The notes under the pieces: model-generated | What the model was told of the DNA's origin: nothing | Databases searched by the model: none | The model's input: the letters and a program-made list of their open reading frames with translations, nothing else | Shown: in pieces, positions 19,839 to 30,581 of the stretch | Position numbering within the stretch: the first letter of the stretch is position 1 | Layout: the number at the start of each line of letters is the position of its first letter | From: Giardia intestinalis | Lineage: Eukaryota | Reading direction: 5' to 3' (one strand) | Assembly (NCBI GenBank): GCA_000002435.2 | Contig: CM018789.1 | DNA: 64,000 bases | Made by a program: the position numbers and the translations under genes

Positions 19839-21167
19839 ATGATTGATGTTTTTGTAGATGTTCTTGGCAAACTAGCTGCAGACGGAATCTACAACAAAGC
19901 CATCGATCCAGCTATTGCATTTTCAACGTTCTATACCATATTAACAGATCAACAATTAGTCGGGAACATCCTTTCTCTTTATTTCCACAAACACCCCCAG
20001 CACCCCACAAAAACAGCCATTTTCTGTCTTTGTGAAGAACTATTCGGTGAGAAGGTCGCCACCAACCTAGTTAAAAGCTGGCCTATAGCGTCTTCTAAGG
20101 TCGCGGACCTGGCTGAGCGTCTTCACGCCAGGATCTGTGTAGGCAATACACCTATTTTAAACACAAACACACAGCCAAATGCACGGCAAGGAGCACTCCT
20201 CTGGCGCACTGACGAGTCTCCTACCTTGAGCCATCTTAAACGGCAGCTTGATGAATTGTTAGAATGTTGTAACAGCCCCAAAGATGCTGCACAACAGGTC
20301 TCCTTTCAATCAATCTTGCCAGTAATCAAAGACATGGCAGAGACAATTGCTAGACTATCCACGGAATGGCATGAACAGAGTAGAGCCGCTCTAACGGAAA
20401 AAGACGCTCAAATCAAAGACCTGAAGCATCGCATCTGCGAGTTGGAGGCAGGCCTATCGGACATGTGCGTTAAGATAGAAGTCTATATGGGACAGATGGA
20501 GGCATATTCTCATGAAATGGCCGCCAAGAATGAGCAAATTCTCATCCTGCATCAACAGCTAAAGGAGGTACGGACCGAGTCTAGTGATCGCGAGCTAAAT
20601 GCACTGAAGGAGCTACTGAACGAGAAGGATTGTCTGATAACAAACATTCGCGCAGATCTAACGGAATCCACGACCACTGCTGATCGCCTGGCGCACGAGT
20701 GTATACACCTGAATCAAAGAAGCGAGGAATTATCTCTTTACAAATCTCTGGTTGCTAATACAATAGATGCCTTGAAAACCCTATCAGAAAGAGATGCAGA
20801 ACTATCATACTCACCTCCGGCGGACGATACCTATCTGAGGCTTCCGGAATACGTTGCGTTTGTTATAGATGTAATCCGGACAAAAGCCCACTGGCTTGTG
20901 ACAGAAGAACCTGGCCAGAGTCTCCCCCTTCCATCGCAAGATACAAGCCCGTTGCTTCACTCCGTTCGTGGGGGATCAGTGGCGCCCTCGGTAGTTGAGT
21001 CTACAACAGCGGCAAATAATTCTTCTCTAGCACCAGATAGCAGCCACCTCAACCCACCCTATTCCTACCGTTCAGCTAGCAATTCCAGCAGCAGTATACT
21101 AGGAAGATTGGCAATGATTGGAAGAGATAAGGATGACGTCAGATCTCATCCACGAGGAGCTCAATAG
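19839..21167 (+). CDS. Hypothetical coiled-coil protein, 442 aa
   Basis: ATG with strongly AT-rich 5' context ('cctaataaattaaatttaccctgaatttATG'). Central heptad-rich region ('KDAQIKDLKHRICELEAGL', 'NEQILILHQQLKEVR'). Confidence 0.65.
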   Translation: MIDVFVDVLGKLAADGIYNKAIDPAIAFSTFYTILTDQQLVGNILSLYFHKHPQHPTKTAIFCLCEELFGEKVATNLVKSWPIASSKVADLAERLHARICVGNTPILNTNTQPNARQGALLWRTDESPTLSHLKRQLDELLECCNSPKDAAQQVSFQSILPVIKDMAETIARLSTEWHEQSRAALTEKDAQIKDLKHRICELEAGLSDMCVKIEVYMGQMEAYSHEMAAKNEQILILHQQLKEVRTESSDRELNALKELLNEKDCLITNIRADLTESTTTADRLAHECIHLNQRSEELSLYKSLVANTIDALKTLSERDAELSYSPPADDTYLRLPEYVAFVIDVIRTKAHWLVTEEPGQSLPLPSQDTSPLLHSVRGGSVAPSVVESTTAANNSSLAPDSSHLNPPYSYRSASNSSSSILGRLAMIGRDKDDVRSHPRGAQ

Positions 21168-24100
21168 TACAAGCAGACCTAGGAAGCAATCTACGAGTGT
21201 CATCTATATTGCAGTCCCTGCTTTTCACAATAATAACCAAATCCTCTAGAGTTGATGGGCATCCAAGCTTATTAAACTGCCCAACCGTCATAAACTTCAC
21301 GGGAATACGCGCCATAACTTGGGAAACGAACGGCTTCATTGTTGTCACTAAATAACTCAGGTTCCTCTTCGCTTCCGAGGCGAACTTCAACGCTATCTTA
21401 GACGGCTTTTTATCAGCATAATCCTTCTCTGTCGTTTCCTTTATAAGTTCTAAGTATTTCCACGTTCCACCGACCAAGCGGCCTGTAGATGTTTGCTTCC
21501 TCTCACTCACATCTGCCTTAATGATCTTCTCATTCAGTTTCTCAAGAAGGACTTTACCGAAGTTCGGATCTATAAGGGACAGAATAACATGGAAAACTTT
21601 GATAAGAAAATGCTCTTTAGGTCCAATTCCATCGAAGACATCTGTTATACAGGCCAAGTTAGCCCCTAGTTGCTCACACATTCGCAAAATCTCATATGAT
21701 AATTCGCTATAGTGAACCACAAAGAAATTTGGACTGTCTGCCAATATCCATAAGGATGGTGGGACAGAGTCTGGCACCGAGGACGCTTCACATCCGGCCA
21801 TACACTCGTCGAAGGCCGCTCTCAGTGGAGCAGTCAGAGTAAGCTTATTGAAGATATCTTTACCAGGCCTGAAAATACTCTTCATGGCGCATTGACAAAT
21901 TATCTTTGAAAGATCTGCAATCCCATGTTCTTGGAGGCGGATTCGTAGATAGCGTTCCTCTGAATAGATCGAGCACACGGACCTGTTCATCTCCAGGCCC
22001 TTCAATTCAGACTCACTGTAGACCTTGCTGCCAGAAGAGACAAAGGAAATGGATGCTCCGCTGCCAGATGGAGCATTAGAAATAAAGAAGTGTCCACTGG
22101 ACTGGAGCATAGAGATAATATCTTTGTTACTTGAGCACAGCCTGTCTAAAATAGCATTTCTAAACTGGAAGAGATCCAGACCCTTGTCTTCTTGGGCAAG
22201 GTGAACAAGACGCTTGAAGAATATATTGTGAAAGTCAGTGAGAGGGGCCACCAACTGCCTCGTATCTTTGAGGTTATTTTGCACCTTATCTCTCCCATGA
22301 TAAATTGCCTCTTGAATTCTACAAAATTTGCACTTATCCAAGTTATAGTAAGATCTGCCGTTGCAGACCATTTCTAAAGAGCCTGTATCGGGAACAAAGT
22401 CGCCGAACAAGGAATGTGAGGCTGCATGTTCAACTGAAGAGGCAAAGACGGTCACTTCGTTGATTCTAGAAGAGAGCAAATCTGAGTCTTCGTCAGTCAT
22501 GAGTGCTATTAGCGCAGAGTCTGTCAAGTAAAAAACAGAATGGGCATCGGTGAAGATGAGGGATCCGTCCTTCTCTCTTGTAAAGAGAAGCGCCAGCCCA
22601 TACCTGCTTGGTGAGCAAATGCCCTGCAGCTTTGCCAAATCCAGTGGTGACTGTATAAGAGCTGAAGCTACGGAATCTGTGTGCAGATCCCCGACCTGAA
22701 GAAGGAATATCCCCGTAGAGATACAAGAGACTTTAGCAATACGTTTCAACGATGATCTGATGTCCGGTATCATTAGATAGTTGCGAATGGCCTGAGTAAT
22801 ATACCATTCTGGACTATTTCTATAAACGCCTCCTATGTAGCTGCGTTTAATCATTGAGTTTCTTGTCTTCAGTGCCGAATGGGCCGGAAGCCTGTACGCC
22901 TCCATCACTGATGCCATATCCTTATACGTCTGAGAGGAGTATGAACATATATCCTGAAGCGTGCGATATAAGATATCGTACTTGCTCTCAAATAAGGTAG
23001 TTTGCTTGGAATATTCGCTTTCAGGCCACAGTGCGTCGACACTCGCCGGATTCTCCTCTAAGAACTTCCGAAATATCTCAGTAAGGAGGCTGGCTTTCTC
23101 AGTGACCACTTCAAGGACGGTTTGATCCACCGACGTGTCAGCTTTCGCCTTGGCAGCACTCTTAGCACTCTCAGGAGGATCAGACTGAAAACAAGCATCC
23201 ACAGGACACGCTGTGAACATTAAAGTAGCCTCCTTCGGAGCCTTCTGAGATACAATATTGGTAGTAAATTGCAAGTTCTGGACGGGCTGCTCTAGCAACT
23301 GCGTAGTGACAGATATGTGGCGTTCAGTGCGGCGATAATACATAGCGTCTATCTCTGTGATGGTTGATAAGAAGAAAGATGACACGACCGAGTGAATATA
23401 ATCTGTCTTGCTCTTATCCTTCACGGAAATGATATCGTCCAACGTTTTACGTAAGAGTGTCATAAAATCCTCCGTTTCTGTTTGCAGACCAAACGCATTG
23501 CATACTATCTGCAGCACATCATCGTGGTTAAGAAACATATATGTCTCTCGGTATATCTCATGATCTTCTGGGCCAACAGAGGGAATATAGACTGAGGTTG
23601 CCCGTAGAAGGAACACAACATACTCAAGACCGGTGAGAAAGAGATACATGACATCCGAATGCATGTAGTAATAGTGTTCCGAAAACATGTCAATAGGAGA
23701 CCTAACAGAGCCAGCGTTACACCCATTTGCAATGGCCAGAGAAAGAGATCGATAGACCGGGTCACTAAGCGTTAAGTTGTGCATGCCGAGAGCCGCCAAA
23801 AACCCTGCCTCAATCCTGGTATGTTGAACAGTCAAGTTAACGAACTTGGAGAAAAAGTCCATGAAGTATTGCTCGTCCCCTTCCAGAAGTTTAGATGCCA
23901 ATTCCTGAGCAGAACTGGAAAGCACAAGCTCATCATCTGTATCGCCCATGGGCTCCAAATCCACATCGTCAATGCTGTCAATTTGGCCATGGAAGAACAC
24001 CGTCATAAAGCAAAGGTCCAACAACTTTTGGCTTGTAGCCATTATTGTTTGACAGTACTTTCTTGTAATATCCGTATAAATTGTCGAATACGAATTGGGA

Positions 24101-25254
24101 TCTTGTCTCCATCCATAGAGCGATGCATACTCGTGGAAAAGAGACGGGAACTCCATTAGATACTCAATGATTGCTATGATAATGCTTCGGCTGACATCTA
24201 TATCCCTCCTATCTAGGACAGCAACTACCTTTTCAATCAAATCGAATACGAGGCAGCCAAACGTCTTGTTGGAGGTATTCCGCCGTCTATGCATCCCATC
24301 CACAGCAGAACACTGATAGGAATAGGGCTCAAACGTAAAGCTACTCTTGTACTTCAAGAAGAGGTCACTTAGACCACTGCTGAGGATCAGGCTAGGAACC
24401 ATAATGGGTTCTAGTCCAGCAGACTCTGTGATATCAGAAATATTAATAAAGGGATACTCCTTCTTCCCATTATTATTATCACAAACGAAGAACAAGGGAA
24501 AGTCTGTCACGGGTTTGGCCGTCATGCTGTACCTAGTCACTGCCAGAATAGGAAAAAGTATAATGGAAAGAAGCTCAATACTGACAAGCTGGTGGAATTT
24601 CTGTGGTCCGATGGTAGCCGGATTATCATCTAACTCCCTCAAACTCATGTTAGTTCCTTTATCTTCATTCTGTTGGAGGATCCTTTCACGCAGAGTATTA
24701 GTCAGAATTGGGCCGCTAAGGTTATTGTCTACCATCCAGCGAGCCATATAGTAGTAGATGGATCTCAAAACTGTTCTGTCTCCCATCACATCAAAGAGTA
24801 GAACGGAAGCCTCTGTAATGCCTATGTATGTGGCTGGCATAATAGGGCAACCAGAATTAGTAACTCCCTGACCCTTAGGGTTGAGTTTCCCGGGCTCCTT
24901 ATCATCTAGGTTGAATGTCGGGATGCCACACTCTGCAAAGTACATCTTTTGAAGAAGCCCTTGTCCCTCAAGAAGATGTTGCTCTCCCTTAGAGGACTGG
25001 TCATAGTCACAGAAGATGTCGAGGATGTAAAGAAGATTTAAAACCATATCCATATTATAGGACGGGGGAGAAAGCAGGAGCTGAAGCATCATAATTATGG
25101 TGCAGTACTGGTCTTGGTTCTCAGGAGAAACCGGTCCTTGCGGCACGGAATTACAAAGGTTGACTAACTCCGAAAACCAAGTACTGCGCATTTTAAATCG
25201 TGTAATGAAAGGCTCAGTTTTTATGGATCCAATTTTACTTGGCAGGAGCCACAT
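21139..25254 (-). CDS. Large hypothetical protein, 1371 aa (alpha-helical, no domain recognised)
   Basis: Uninterrupted 4.1-kb ORF, ATG = rev-comp 25252-25254. Its 3' end overlaps the convergent upstream gene by 29 bp. Function unknown. Confidence 0.7.
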   Translation of the reverse strand: MWLLPSKIGSIKTEPFITRFKMRSTWFSELVNLCNSVPQGPVSPENQDQYCTIIMMLQLLLSPPSYNMDMVLNLLYILDIFCDYDQSSKGEQHLLEGQGLLQKMYFAECGIPTFNLDDKEPGKLNPKGQGVTNSGCPIMPATYIGITEASVLLFDVMGDRTVLRSIYYYMARWMVDNNLSGPILTNTLRERILQQNEDKGTNMSLRELDDNPATIGPQKFHQLVSIELLSIILFPILAVTRYSMTAKPVTDFPLFFVCDNNNGKKEYPFINISDITESAGLEPIMVPSLILSSGLSDLFLKYKSSFTFEPYSYQCSAVDGMHRRRNTSNKTFGCLVFDLIEKVVAVLDRRDIDVSRSIIIAIIEYLMEFPSLFHEYASLYGWRQDPNSYSTIYTDITRKYCQTIMATSQKLLDLCFMTVFFHGQIDSIDDVDLEPMGDTDDELVLSSSAQELASKLLEGDEQYFMDFFSKFVNLTVQHTRIEAGFLAALGMHNLTLSDPVYRSLSLAIANGCNAGSVRSPIDMFSEHYYYMHSDVMYLFLTGLEYVVFLLRATSVYIPSVGPEDHEIYRETYMFLNHDDVLQIVCNAFGLQTETEDFMTLLRKTLDDIISVKDKSKTDYIHSVVSSFFLSTITEIDAMYYRRTERHISVTTQLLEQPVQNLQFTTNIVSQKAPKEATLMFTACPVDACFQSDPPESAKSAAKAKADTSVDQTVLEVVTEKASLLTEIFRKFLEENPASVDALWPESEYSKQTTLFESKYDILYRTLQDICSYSSQTYKDMASVMEAYRLPAHSALKTRNSMIKRSYIGGVYRNSPEWYITQAIRNYLMIPDIRSSLKRIAKVSCISTGIFLLQVGDLHTDSVASALIQSPLDLAKLQGICSPSRYGLALLFTREKDGSLIFTDAHSVFYLTDSALIALMTDEDSDLLSSRINEVTVFASSVEHAASHSLFGDFVPDTGSLEMVCNGRSYYNLDKCKFCRIQEAIYHGRDKVQNNLKDTRQLVAPLTDFHNIFFKRLVHLAQEDKGLDLFQFRNAILDRLCSSNKDIISMLQSSGHFFISNAPSGSGASISFVSSGSKVYSESELKGLEMNRSVCSIYSEERYLRIRLQEHGIADLSKIICQCAMKSIFRPGKDIFNKLTLTAPLRAAFDECMAGCEASSVPDSVPPSLWILADSPNFFVVHYSELSYEILRMCEQLGANLACITDVFDGIGPKEHFLIKVFHVILSLIDPNFGKVLLEKLNEKIIKADVSERKQTSTGRLVGGTWKYLELIKETTEKDYADKKPSKIALKFASEAKRNLSYLVTTMKPFVSQVMARIPVKFMTVGQFNKLGCPSTLEDLVIIVKSRDCNIDDTRRLLPRSACTIELLVDEI

Positions 25255-25328
25255 TGCTTCTTAGGAATGCGTATCCCGGGTCTTTTACTTTCTACTCATT
25301 GCTGCCAGCCCCAAATATAAACTAAAAG

Positions 25329-26171
25329 ATGCTGTCTTTCTGGGTTTATCTTCTTTTGCTTTTTACAACCGTTCTGCTAGCGCGGATCTCTAGGCTAGCT
25401 AGTGAACGCAAATCCGCGCGTAGATCTCTGCTAACCGGTGATAGTGGGCTCTGCGTGATAACTGGGGGAGGCTCTGGCCTTGGCGAGGCCTTAGCACATG
25501 AGTATGCTGCTCTGGGGCATCCGCTGCTTCTGATAGGAAGAAAGCATGAAAATCTAGAGCGTGCTAAGCATGCACTAATTGAGAAGTTCGGAGAAAAGGC
25601 CTCCGTTACCGTTCTTGCCGCAGATCTAGAGGTAGAGTCAGAGTGCATAAAGGTGGTGGAGTATCTTCGCGACAAGAGCGTCTTCCACCTTGTTAATAAC
25701 GCTGGTGTCGGGCAGGTATCTGCCGATATAAGCGTAAGTGATGCCCGCTCTATCGCATCGATCAATTTGACTGCCCCTGCTGTGCTTTCTGCTGGCATCC
25801 ATGCAGGTCGTTACATATTCATTTCCTCTCCACAGGGCTTGCTTCCGATGCCGAACAGATGTGTGTACGCTGCATCAAAGGCTGGAATACACAACCTCGC
25901 CGAATCCATGCGGCTCGACGGAATGAATGTAACGACTGCTTACCCTGGCTGGATTGCAACCAGACTCCGGATGAACGCTCGTGGCAACGGCCTTCCCAAT
26001 CCTCAAGCACGGACTGCCCGCTCTGCAGAAGACGTAGCCAAGGAAATCGTCTCTGCCGCTCTGTCAGGCAAGCGCGCGTGCTGCTTGGATGCAAAGACAC
26101 GGATAGTGGCTATCCTTTACTCGGTATGGCCAGAAGCAGCAGAGTTCCTAATAAAGTGTGCTCTTAAGTAA
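25329..26171 (+). CDS. Short-chain dehydrogenase/reductase (SDR) family oxidoreductase, 280 aa
   Basis: N-terminal TM, Rossmann motif 'VITGGGSGLGEA', 'NNAGV' and catalytic 'YAASKAG' (YxxxK). AT-rich 5' context 'ccaaatataaactaaaagATG'. Confidence 0.85.
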   Translation: MLSFWVYLLLLFTTVLLARISRLASERKSARRSLLTGDSGLCVITGGGSGLGEALAHEYAALGHPLLLIGRKHENLERAKHALIEKFGEKASVTVLAADLEVESECIKVVEYLRDKSVFHLVNNAGVGQVSADISVSDARSIASINLTAPAVLSAGIHAGRYIFISSPQGLLPMPNRCVYAASKAGIHNLAESMRLDGMNVTTAYPGWIATRLRMNARGNGLPNPQARTARSAEDVAKEIVSAALSGKRACCLDAKTRIVAILYSVWPEAAEFLIKCALK

Positions 26172-26218
26172 AGCTAAAGTAAGTATAACTCCCCGGTATT
26201 TATGGCTCTAAAAATTGA

Positions 26219-28075
26219 ATGGAGGAAGAGCGCGAGTCTAGCATCTCACTCACTCCGGAGACGCGCAACAACGTCGAGGCATGTCACTATTACCTTCAAC
26301 AGATGTACCGCCGCCTGCAGCCACGACTTATTCAAGTGTTTGGCACAAGTGTCTCCATTGTTAACGAACATCTCAACGAGCTCAGAAAACTTCCAGCAGG
26401 TGCCCAACAGTCTGACTTGTGTATCCTATGCTCTAATCACAAGTGTGAGCTCATTGAAACAGGTGGTGACTGGATACAATGTGATCTTTGTAAGGAGTGG
26501 CTCCATCAACAGTGTGATGGTATCTACAACGCATTGCTAGCTGAAAAGATTCACTACACTTGCCCACGGTGTAGGGTAATCTTTTGTAGGCCACATCCAG
26601 GTATTCAGTATCCACAACTCCTACATGACCCTGCAGCACTACAGGTAACAGAAGTAGTGCTTGACAACAAAAGGAAGTTATCTCGAGACAAGAAGATGAT
26701 AGCTGGTAAGAAGTCGTCCTCTCGACGCCGGACAAAAGGCGAAGACAGCGAATCATCGGCCGAGAACGTTAAGGCCAGCACCATAGACGTTCCTCCTGTT
26801 GAGGAGATACATGTAGCCAGAAAAACAGACACGTTTGTATTTCAGATACCTGTCGCCGAGTATTATCCTCGTACGCAGCGAGACGGTCAGACCGGTGGGC
26901 GGCGCTCAAAACAAGGAAAAGAGACCAGCATGACGCCACAGGTAATAGATAGCTATGTCAATGCTGCATTCAACTCCTTGAGGATAGGCAACTCTACCCC
27001 ATACACTACTGTGCAGGATTTGTATCTTGCTGCGCAAGTAGCCGATCCGGATCTACCCTCCCTCCCCCTCGGTAAGCTCAAGAATACTCTCATAAGTGAC
27101 ACTGTGCATCCTGGCAACTTTGCGTCCCTTTTTCTAAACTGCTTCTATGAACTCACAAAGTCGGGACGTGCCGTTGTCCAGAGCCCAGACAGTACAAGGA
27201 GCGAAAACTCCAGACGGGAGGAACTGATCACCGGTCTTCTCGAGACCCTCCTCCCTGCAAATCAGATCTTTTACACGACCCTCTTCCCCATCCTCCCCAT
27301 GGACCACGACCTACGCATTAATGTAGCCATTTCCATCTTCGACAACTTACTACTAAGCCTAGAGCGGCAGAGGTTTCGTTATCTTCGGATGCTTATTCCA
27401 GTTGCGTTAAATTGTCTTCTTGTGTTCTACAAGACCACACTGCTTCCCGGTGAGGGTGAGCCAAAGTGGTCTTTTCCTGCAGACACAGATGCCATCATTG
27501 AAAGGGTTGTCGAAAGATTACAGCAGTGTGACCTGACAGACGTTGAGCTGTCGTTATCAAGCTACCTACCCTGGGAGAAACTGCTGTGTGAGCCGAATGA
27601 AATTGACATAAATAGTAATGAGGTACCAGATTTGCTGACCAAGCGTCAATGGTACGACTTGAAAATGAGGGGAGTATTGCCATTCAAGAACGTGGGAATT
27701 GTTCGTGCAGCTCTCCTGCATGCGATAGTCAACGCAAACTTAGGGATAATAGTTCTCGATAAGGCATTTGGACGTGAAGTGACGGATCACCTTATCCGTT
27801 TCGGCGTGAGCAGTGGCAGGGCTATGATTGTGTCTTACGCATCCAACTCTTCTTTTGATGCCATGCTGGAGACTGGCTGCGTATATGAAACCACAAGCTT
27901 TCGGCCTGCAAGCAATCTGGCCACCATTCAGGACGCACTCAAGGATGACGAGAGCATCATGGACTGGGATGTTCTAGAAACCCCAACGTCTGTAGTCTGG
28001 GCTCTCTCTTTTATTGGAGACGAGCTTCAAAGGTTAGAGGACGCCAAGGTAATTGAGCCATCAACCTTTGTCTGA
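26219..28075 (+). CDS. PHD-finger protein, 618 aa
   Basis: C4HC3 signature 'CILCSNHKCELIETGGDWIQCDLCKEWLHQQCDGI...HYTCPRC' near the N-terminus. The remainder has no recognised domain. Confidence 0.75.
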   Translation: MEEERESSISLTPETRNNVEACHYYLQQMYRRLQPRLIQVFGTSVSIVNEHLNELRKLPAGAQQSDLCILCSNHKCELIETGGDWIQCDLCKEWLHQQCDGIYNALLAEKIHYTCPRCRVIFCRPHPGIQYPQLLHDPAALQVTEVVLDNKRKLSRDKKMIAGKKSSSRRRTKGEDSESSAENVKASTIDVPPVEEIHVARKTDTFVFQIPVAEYYPRTQRDGQTGGRRSKQGKETSMTPQVIDSYVNAAFNSLRIGNSTPYTTVQDLYLAAQVADPDLPSLPLGKLKNTLISDTVHPGNFASLFLNCFYELTKSGRAVVQSPDSTRSENSRREELITGLLETLLPANQIFYTTLFPILPMDHDLRINVAISIFDNLLLSLERQRFRYLRMLIPVALNCLLVFYKTTLLPGEGEPKWSFPADTDAIIERVVERLQQCDLTDVELSLSSYLPWEKLLCEPNEIDINSNEVPDLLTKRQWYDLKMRGVLPFKNVGIVRAALLHAIVNANLGIIVLDKAFGREVTDHLIRFGVSSGRAMIVSYASNSSFDAMLETGCVYETTSFRPASNLATIQDALKDDESIMDWDVLETPTSVVWALSFIGDELQRLEDAKVIEPSTFV

Positions 28076-28090
28076 ATAGAATAAATTCCA

Positions 28091-28408
28091 ATGCTACGTG
28101 TACTGAGCGAGAATCGCTTTCCTTTGTCGTTGGTTGCCGGCGTGGTAGCGGGGTTTTATTCGTATTTACGGAAAGACCCTAGAGTCATTGTGACTAGTCC
28201 TCCAAGGAGCTGGAAGGGGGAGATTAGCTCTCCTCTAAGTTCCCATGAAGCCAGGCTGGTCCTAAACACATCACGTTTTAGTACCGATGCAGAGGTCACC
28301 AAAAACTATCGTTCACTTTTGGCCAAGGCGCACCCAGACCGTGGAGGGTCTAAGTACATAGCAGCCATTATAGGGGAGGCGCACGAGAAGCTCAGGAACA
28401 GATGCTAG
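28091..28408 (+). CDS. PAM18: Pam18/Tim14 (DNAJC19-type J-domain subunit of the mitosomal presequence-translocase motor), 105 aa
   Basis: N-terminal TM 'LVAGVVAGFYSY' followed by a J-domain ending in 'LAKAHPDRGGSKYIAAIIGEAHEKL' (cf. Pam18 '[24 protein letters not shown]'), including the HPD motif. Confidence 0.8.
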   Translation: MLRVLSENRFPLSLVAGVVAGFYSYLRKDPRVIVTSPPRSWKGEISSPLSSHEARLVLNTSRFSTDAEVTKNYRSLLAKAHPDRGGSKYIAAIIGEAHEKLRNRC

Positions 28409-28859
28409 ACCTCAGGGTATCGAACACACGTACGCGTTTTCTACGAGGATGGGATGGCACAGCATCCTCGGAAGGCCTAGACATGTCCACGTGTTGTGTC
28501 GTAGATGCGCAATGCGAGTCAGGCTCTATGTGTGGTTCGGGCAACCTTTGTACATCCGTTTGGGACTTCTCTTCAGAGGTCTTTGGCACGTGCATGTACG
28601 GCCCTTTTCTAGCTACTTGGACTCGAAGGTACGTTCCATTCCAGTAGCATTTATTGTACGCTAGGACCTTGGCCAATTGGTCCTCGTCACAGACACAGTC
28701 CAAAAAAGCAAATACAGGAGCCTTCTCTATGTCATTGAAGACCCTGACGTGCTTTCTGTTTAGTTCCACGCTTTTGATCTGTACCCGCCGACTAAATAGC
28801 TCCCGCAGGCTTTCCTCTGTTGTGTTCTTTGAAAGTCCACCCACGTACACGACCACCAT
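28392..28859 (-). CDS. RRM-domain RNA-binding protein, 155 aa
   Basis: RNP2-like 'VYVGGLSKNTTEESLRELF' at the N-terminus. Its 3' end overlaps the convergent PAM18 gene by 17 bp. Confidence 0.6.
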   Translation of the reverse strand: MVVVYVGGLSKNTTEESLRELFSRRVQIKSVELNRKHVRVFNDIEKAPVFAFLDCVCDEDQLAKVLAYNKCYWNGTYLRVQVARKGPYMHVPKTSEEKSQTDVQRLPEPHIEPDSHCASTTQHVDMSRPSEDAVPSHPRRKRVRVFDTLRSSICS

Positions 28860-28961
28860 TCACTCCCCACTGTAAACCACCGCTACAAGGGGCCTAATCG
28901 CTATAACTTTTAAATTGTAAAAGTATGGTTTTAAGGATTTGTGGCAAGAATAATAAGAACC

Positions 28962-30533
28962 ATGGATGGTCAAGCCAAGAGGGAGCAGAGGATCCGGACA
29001 GAAGCAGAGGCTACCTTAGCGGAGCATCTAGCGAGACTGGATGCATCACCAGATTCATTGGAAAGTGTCATGGAGCAGCTGGAAGACCTGGAGCGAGGGG
29101 CCAGGCTGACGTCCGACGCTGTAGCAACTCCAATTTACGCAGCTGGGCTTCTTCAAGCTCTTCTGGAGGTGGGAAAGGTCGAGGACGCTATCAACCTCTT
29201 TGGGAACCTGATCAGACGGCGCTCCCAGACCAACGAGGCCATCGTCCGATGTGGGACCGTGTTGGAGGAGTACCTACAAAAGAACTACGACGACCAATCT
29301 GACTATTCTACGCTAGAGCCATTACTACAAAAGTTTACTGGGATCATCGGGCATTTGATTGTTGTTGAGGCCATAAATGTGAGACAATCGATCAGGTTAC
29401 TTCGCATGTACCGTAGAGCAGGAGAGCGTAACGGTGCGCTAAAGATAGCTGAGACTCTGTCAGCGGATGTCGCCGCTACTCTTGCATACATTGAGAGAAT
29501 AGAGTACACCCTTGAGCAGCTAGATGTTGCTCTTTACTTTAGAGAGCTTGTACTGGCCGAGATAATTGTGAATCGCATTAAGGAAAAGACACTGAAGGCT
29601 ACAACAGCAGCGGTGTACCGTAAAGGTGATTTGGACCTGGGAGTTCGTCTTAGTCTTGCTCAGCGACGATACTACATAGCGAGATACCTTATTGCACTCG
29701 GAGACAAGCGAATGGATGCACTCTGCGAGGCGGCATGGGCAGCTGCATCAACGTATCTAGCGGTGCTAGACAGACCCGAGTTAAACAAGGATTCCCAGCT
29801 CTCAAATGATGACCTCATGAAATGCTCTACACTCCTTTCGACTGCCGCTATTGCAGGTCTTCTTGCTGGGTTCTCTAAGGTCTCCGGTGTCGTGAAGCAA
29901 ATGAGGGCTTCGACCCTCTATGCCGAGAATATCTTTTACTGCACGCGGGCTCACAGGTGTGTTTCCTCCCTCATACATCCATTTGCAAAGTCTATCTTCA
30001 GGTCTCCCCTGCATCCCTGGCAGAAGATTGAGGAAGACTTTAAGGAAGGCCGGGTCTGTCCTGCCACGGCATATATTCCGCTTCCTCAAGACCTAGCCTA
30101 TGATGCTAGTAATCTAAAGCAGGACACCTACACAGCAAAGATAGAGTTATTTTCGCCATCATTGTTTTCCAGTGTCTACGAAAGCGTTTGTTCTGATTAT
30201 GAGGCTATGACAGATACCGAAATAGAACTCACATGGGGGCTATGCAAGTCCTCTTACATAGAGGAGTTTGTGGCTCAGATAATGCGCTTTTATAACAACA
30301 CAACGATTGATAACCTTGCACAATTGGTTGGCTGCGATCCCATAGACGTTGAGCTTGCTCTGGTTAACTATGATGGGTACTTGGCCATTGACCGTCCACA
30401 GAGGACCATCCAAATGAGCAAGCCCCTTTCTAACAACGAACAGCTCTCCCAATGGCTTGAACATACCCGCAAAGCTGTCATAAACATAGCGAAGATCTCA
30501 CAGCTGCTTGAGATGGACATTCGTCTCAGTTAA
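28962..30533 (+). CDS. PCI-domain protein, 523 aa (probable proteasome-lid/CSN/eIF3-type subunit)
   Basis: The track ORF starts with GTG 28941; first ATG is at codon 8 in AT-rich context ('gcaagaataataagaaccATG'). The C-terminal winged-helix-like segment 'TIDNLAQLVGCDPIDVELALVNYDGYLAIDRPQRTI' after a long helical region fits a PCI domain. Confidence 0.55.
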   Translation: MDGQAKREQRIRTEAEATLAEHLARLDASPDSLESVMEQLEDLERGARLTSDAVATPIYAAGLLQALLEVGKVEDAINLFGNLIRRRSQTNEAIVRCGTVLEEYLQKNYDDQSDYSTLEPLLQKFTGIIGHLIVVEAINVRQSIRLLRMYRRAGERNGALKIAETLSADVAATLAYIERIEYTLEQLDVALYFRELVLAEIIVNRIKEKTLKATTAAVYRKGDLDLGVRLSLAQRRYYIARYLIALGDKRMDALCEAAWAAASTYLAVLDRPELNKDSQLSNDDLMKCSTLLSTAAIAGLLAGFSKVSGVVKQMRASTLYAENIFYCTRAHRCVSSLIHPFAKSIFRSPLHPWQKIEEDFKEGRVCPATAYIPLPQDLAYDASNLKQDTYTAKIELFSPSLFSSVYESVCSDYEAMTDTEIELTWGLCKSSYIEEFVAQIMRFYNNTTIDNLAQLVGCDPIDVELALVNYDGYLAIDRPQRTIQMSKPLSNNEQLSQWLEHTRKAVINIAKISQLLEMDIRLS

Positions 30534-30581
30534 CCTTTAATTATAAATTGGTCAACAAAATAATTATAAAGACGATTGTAA

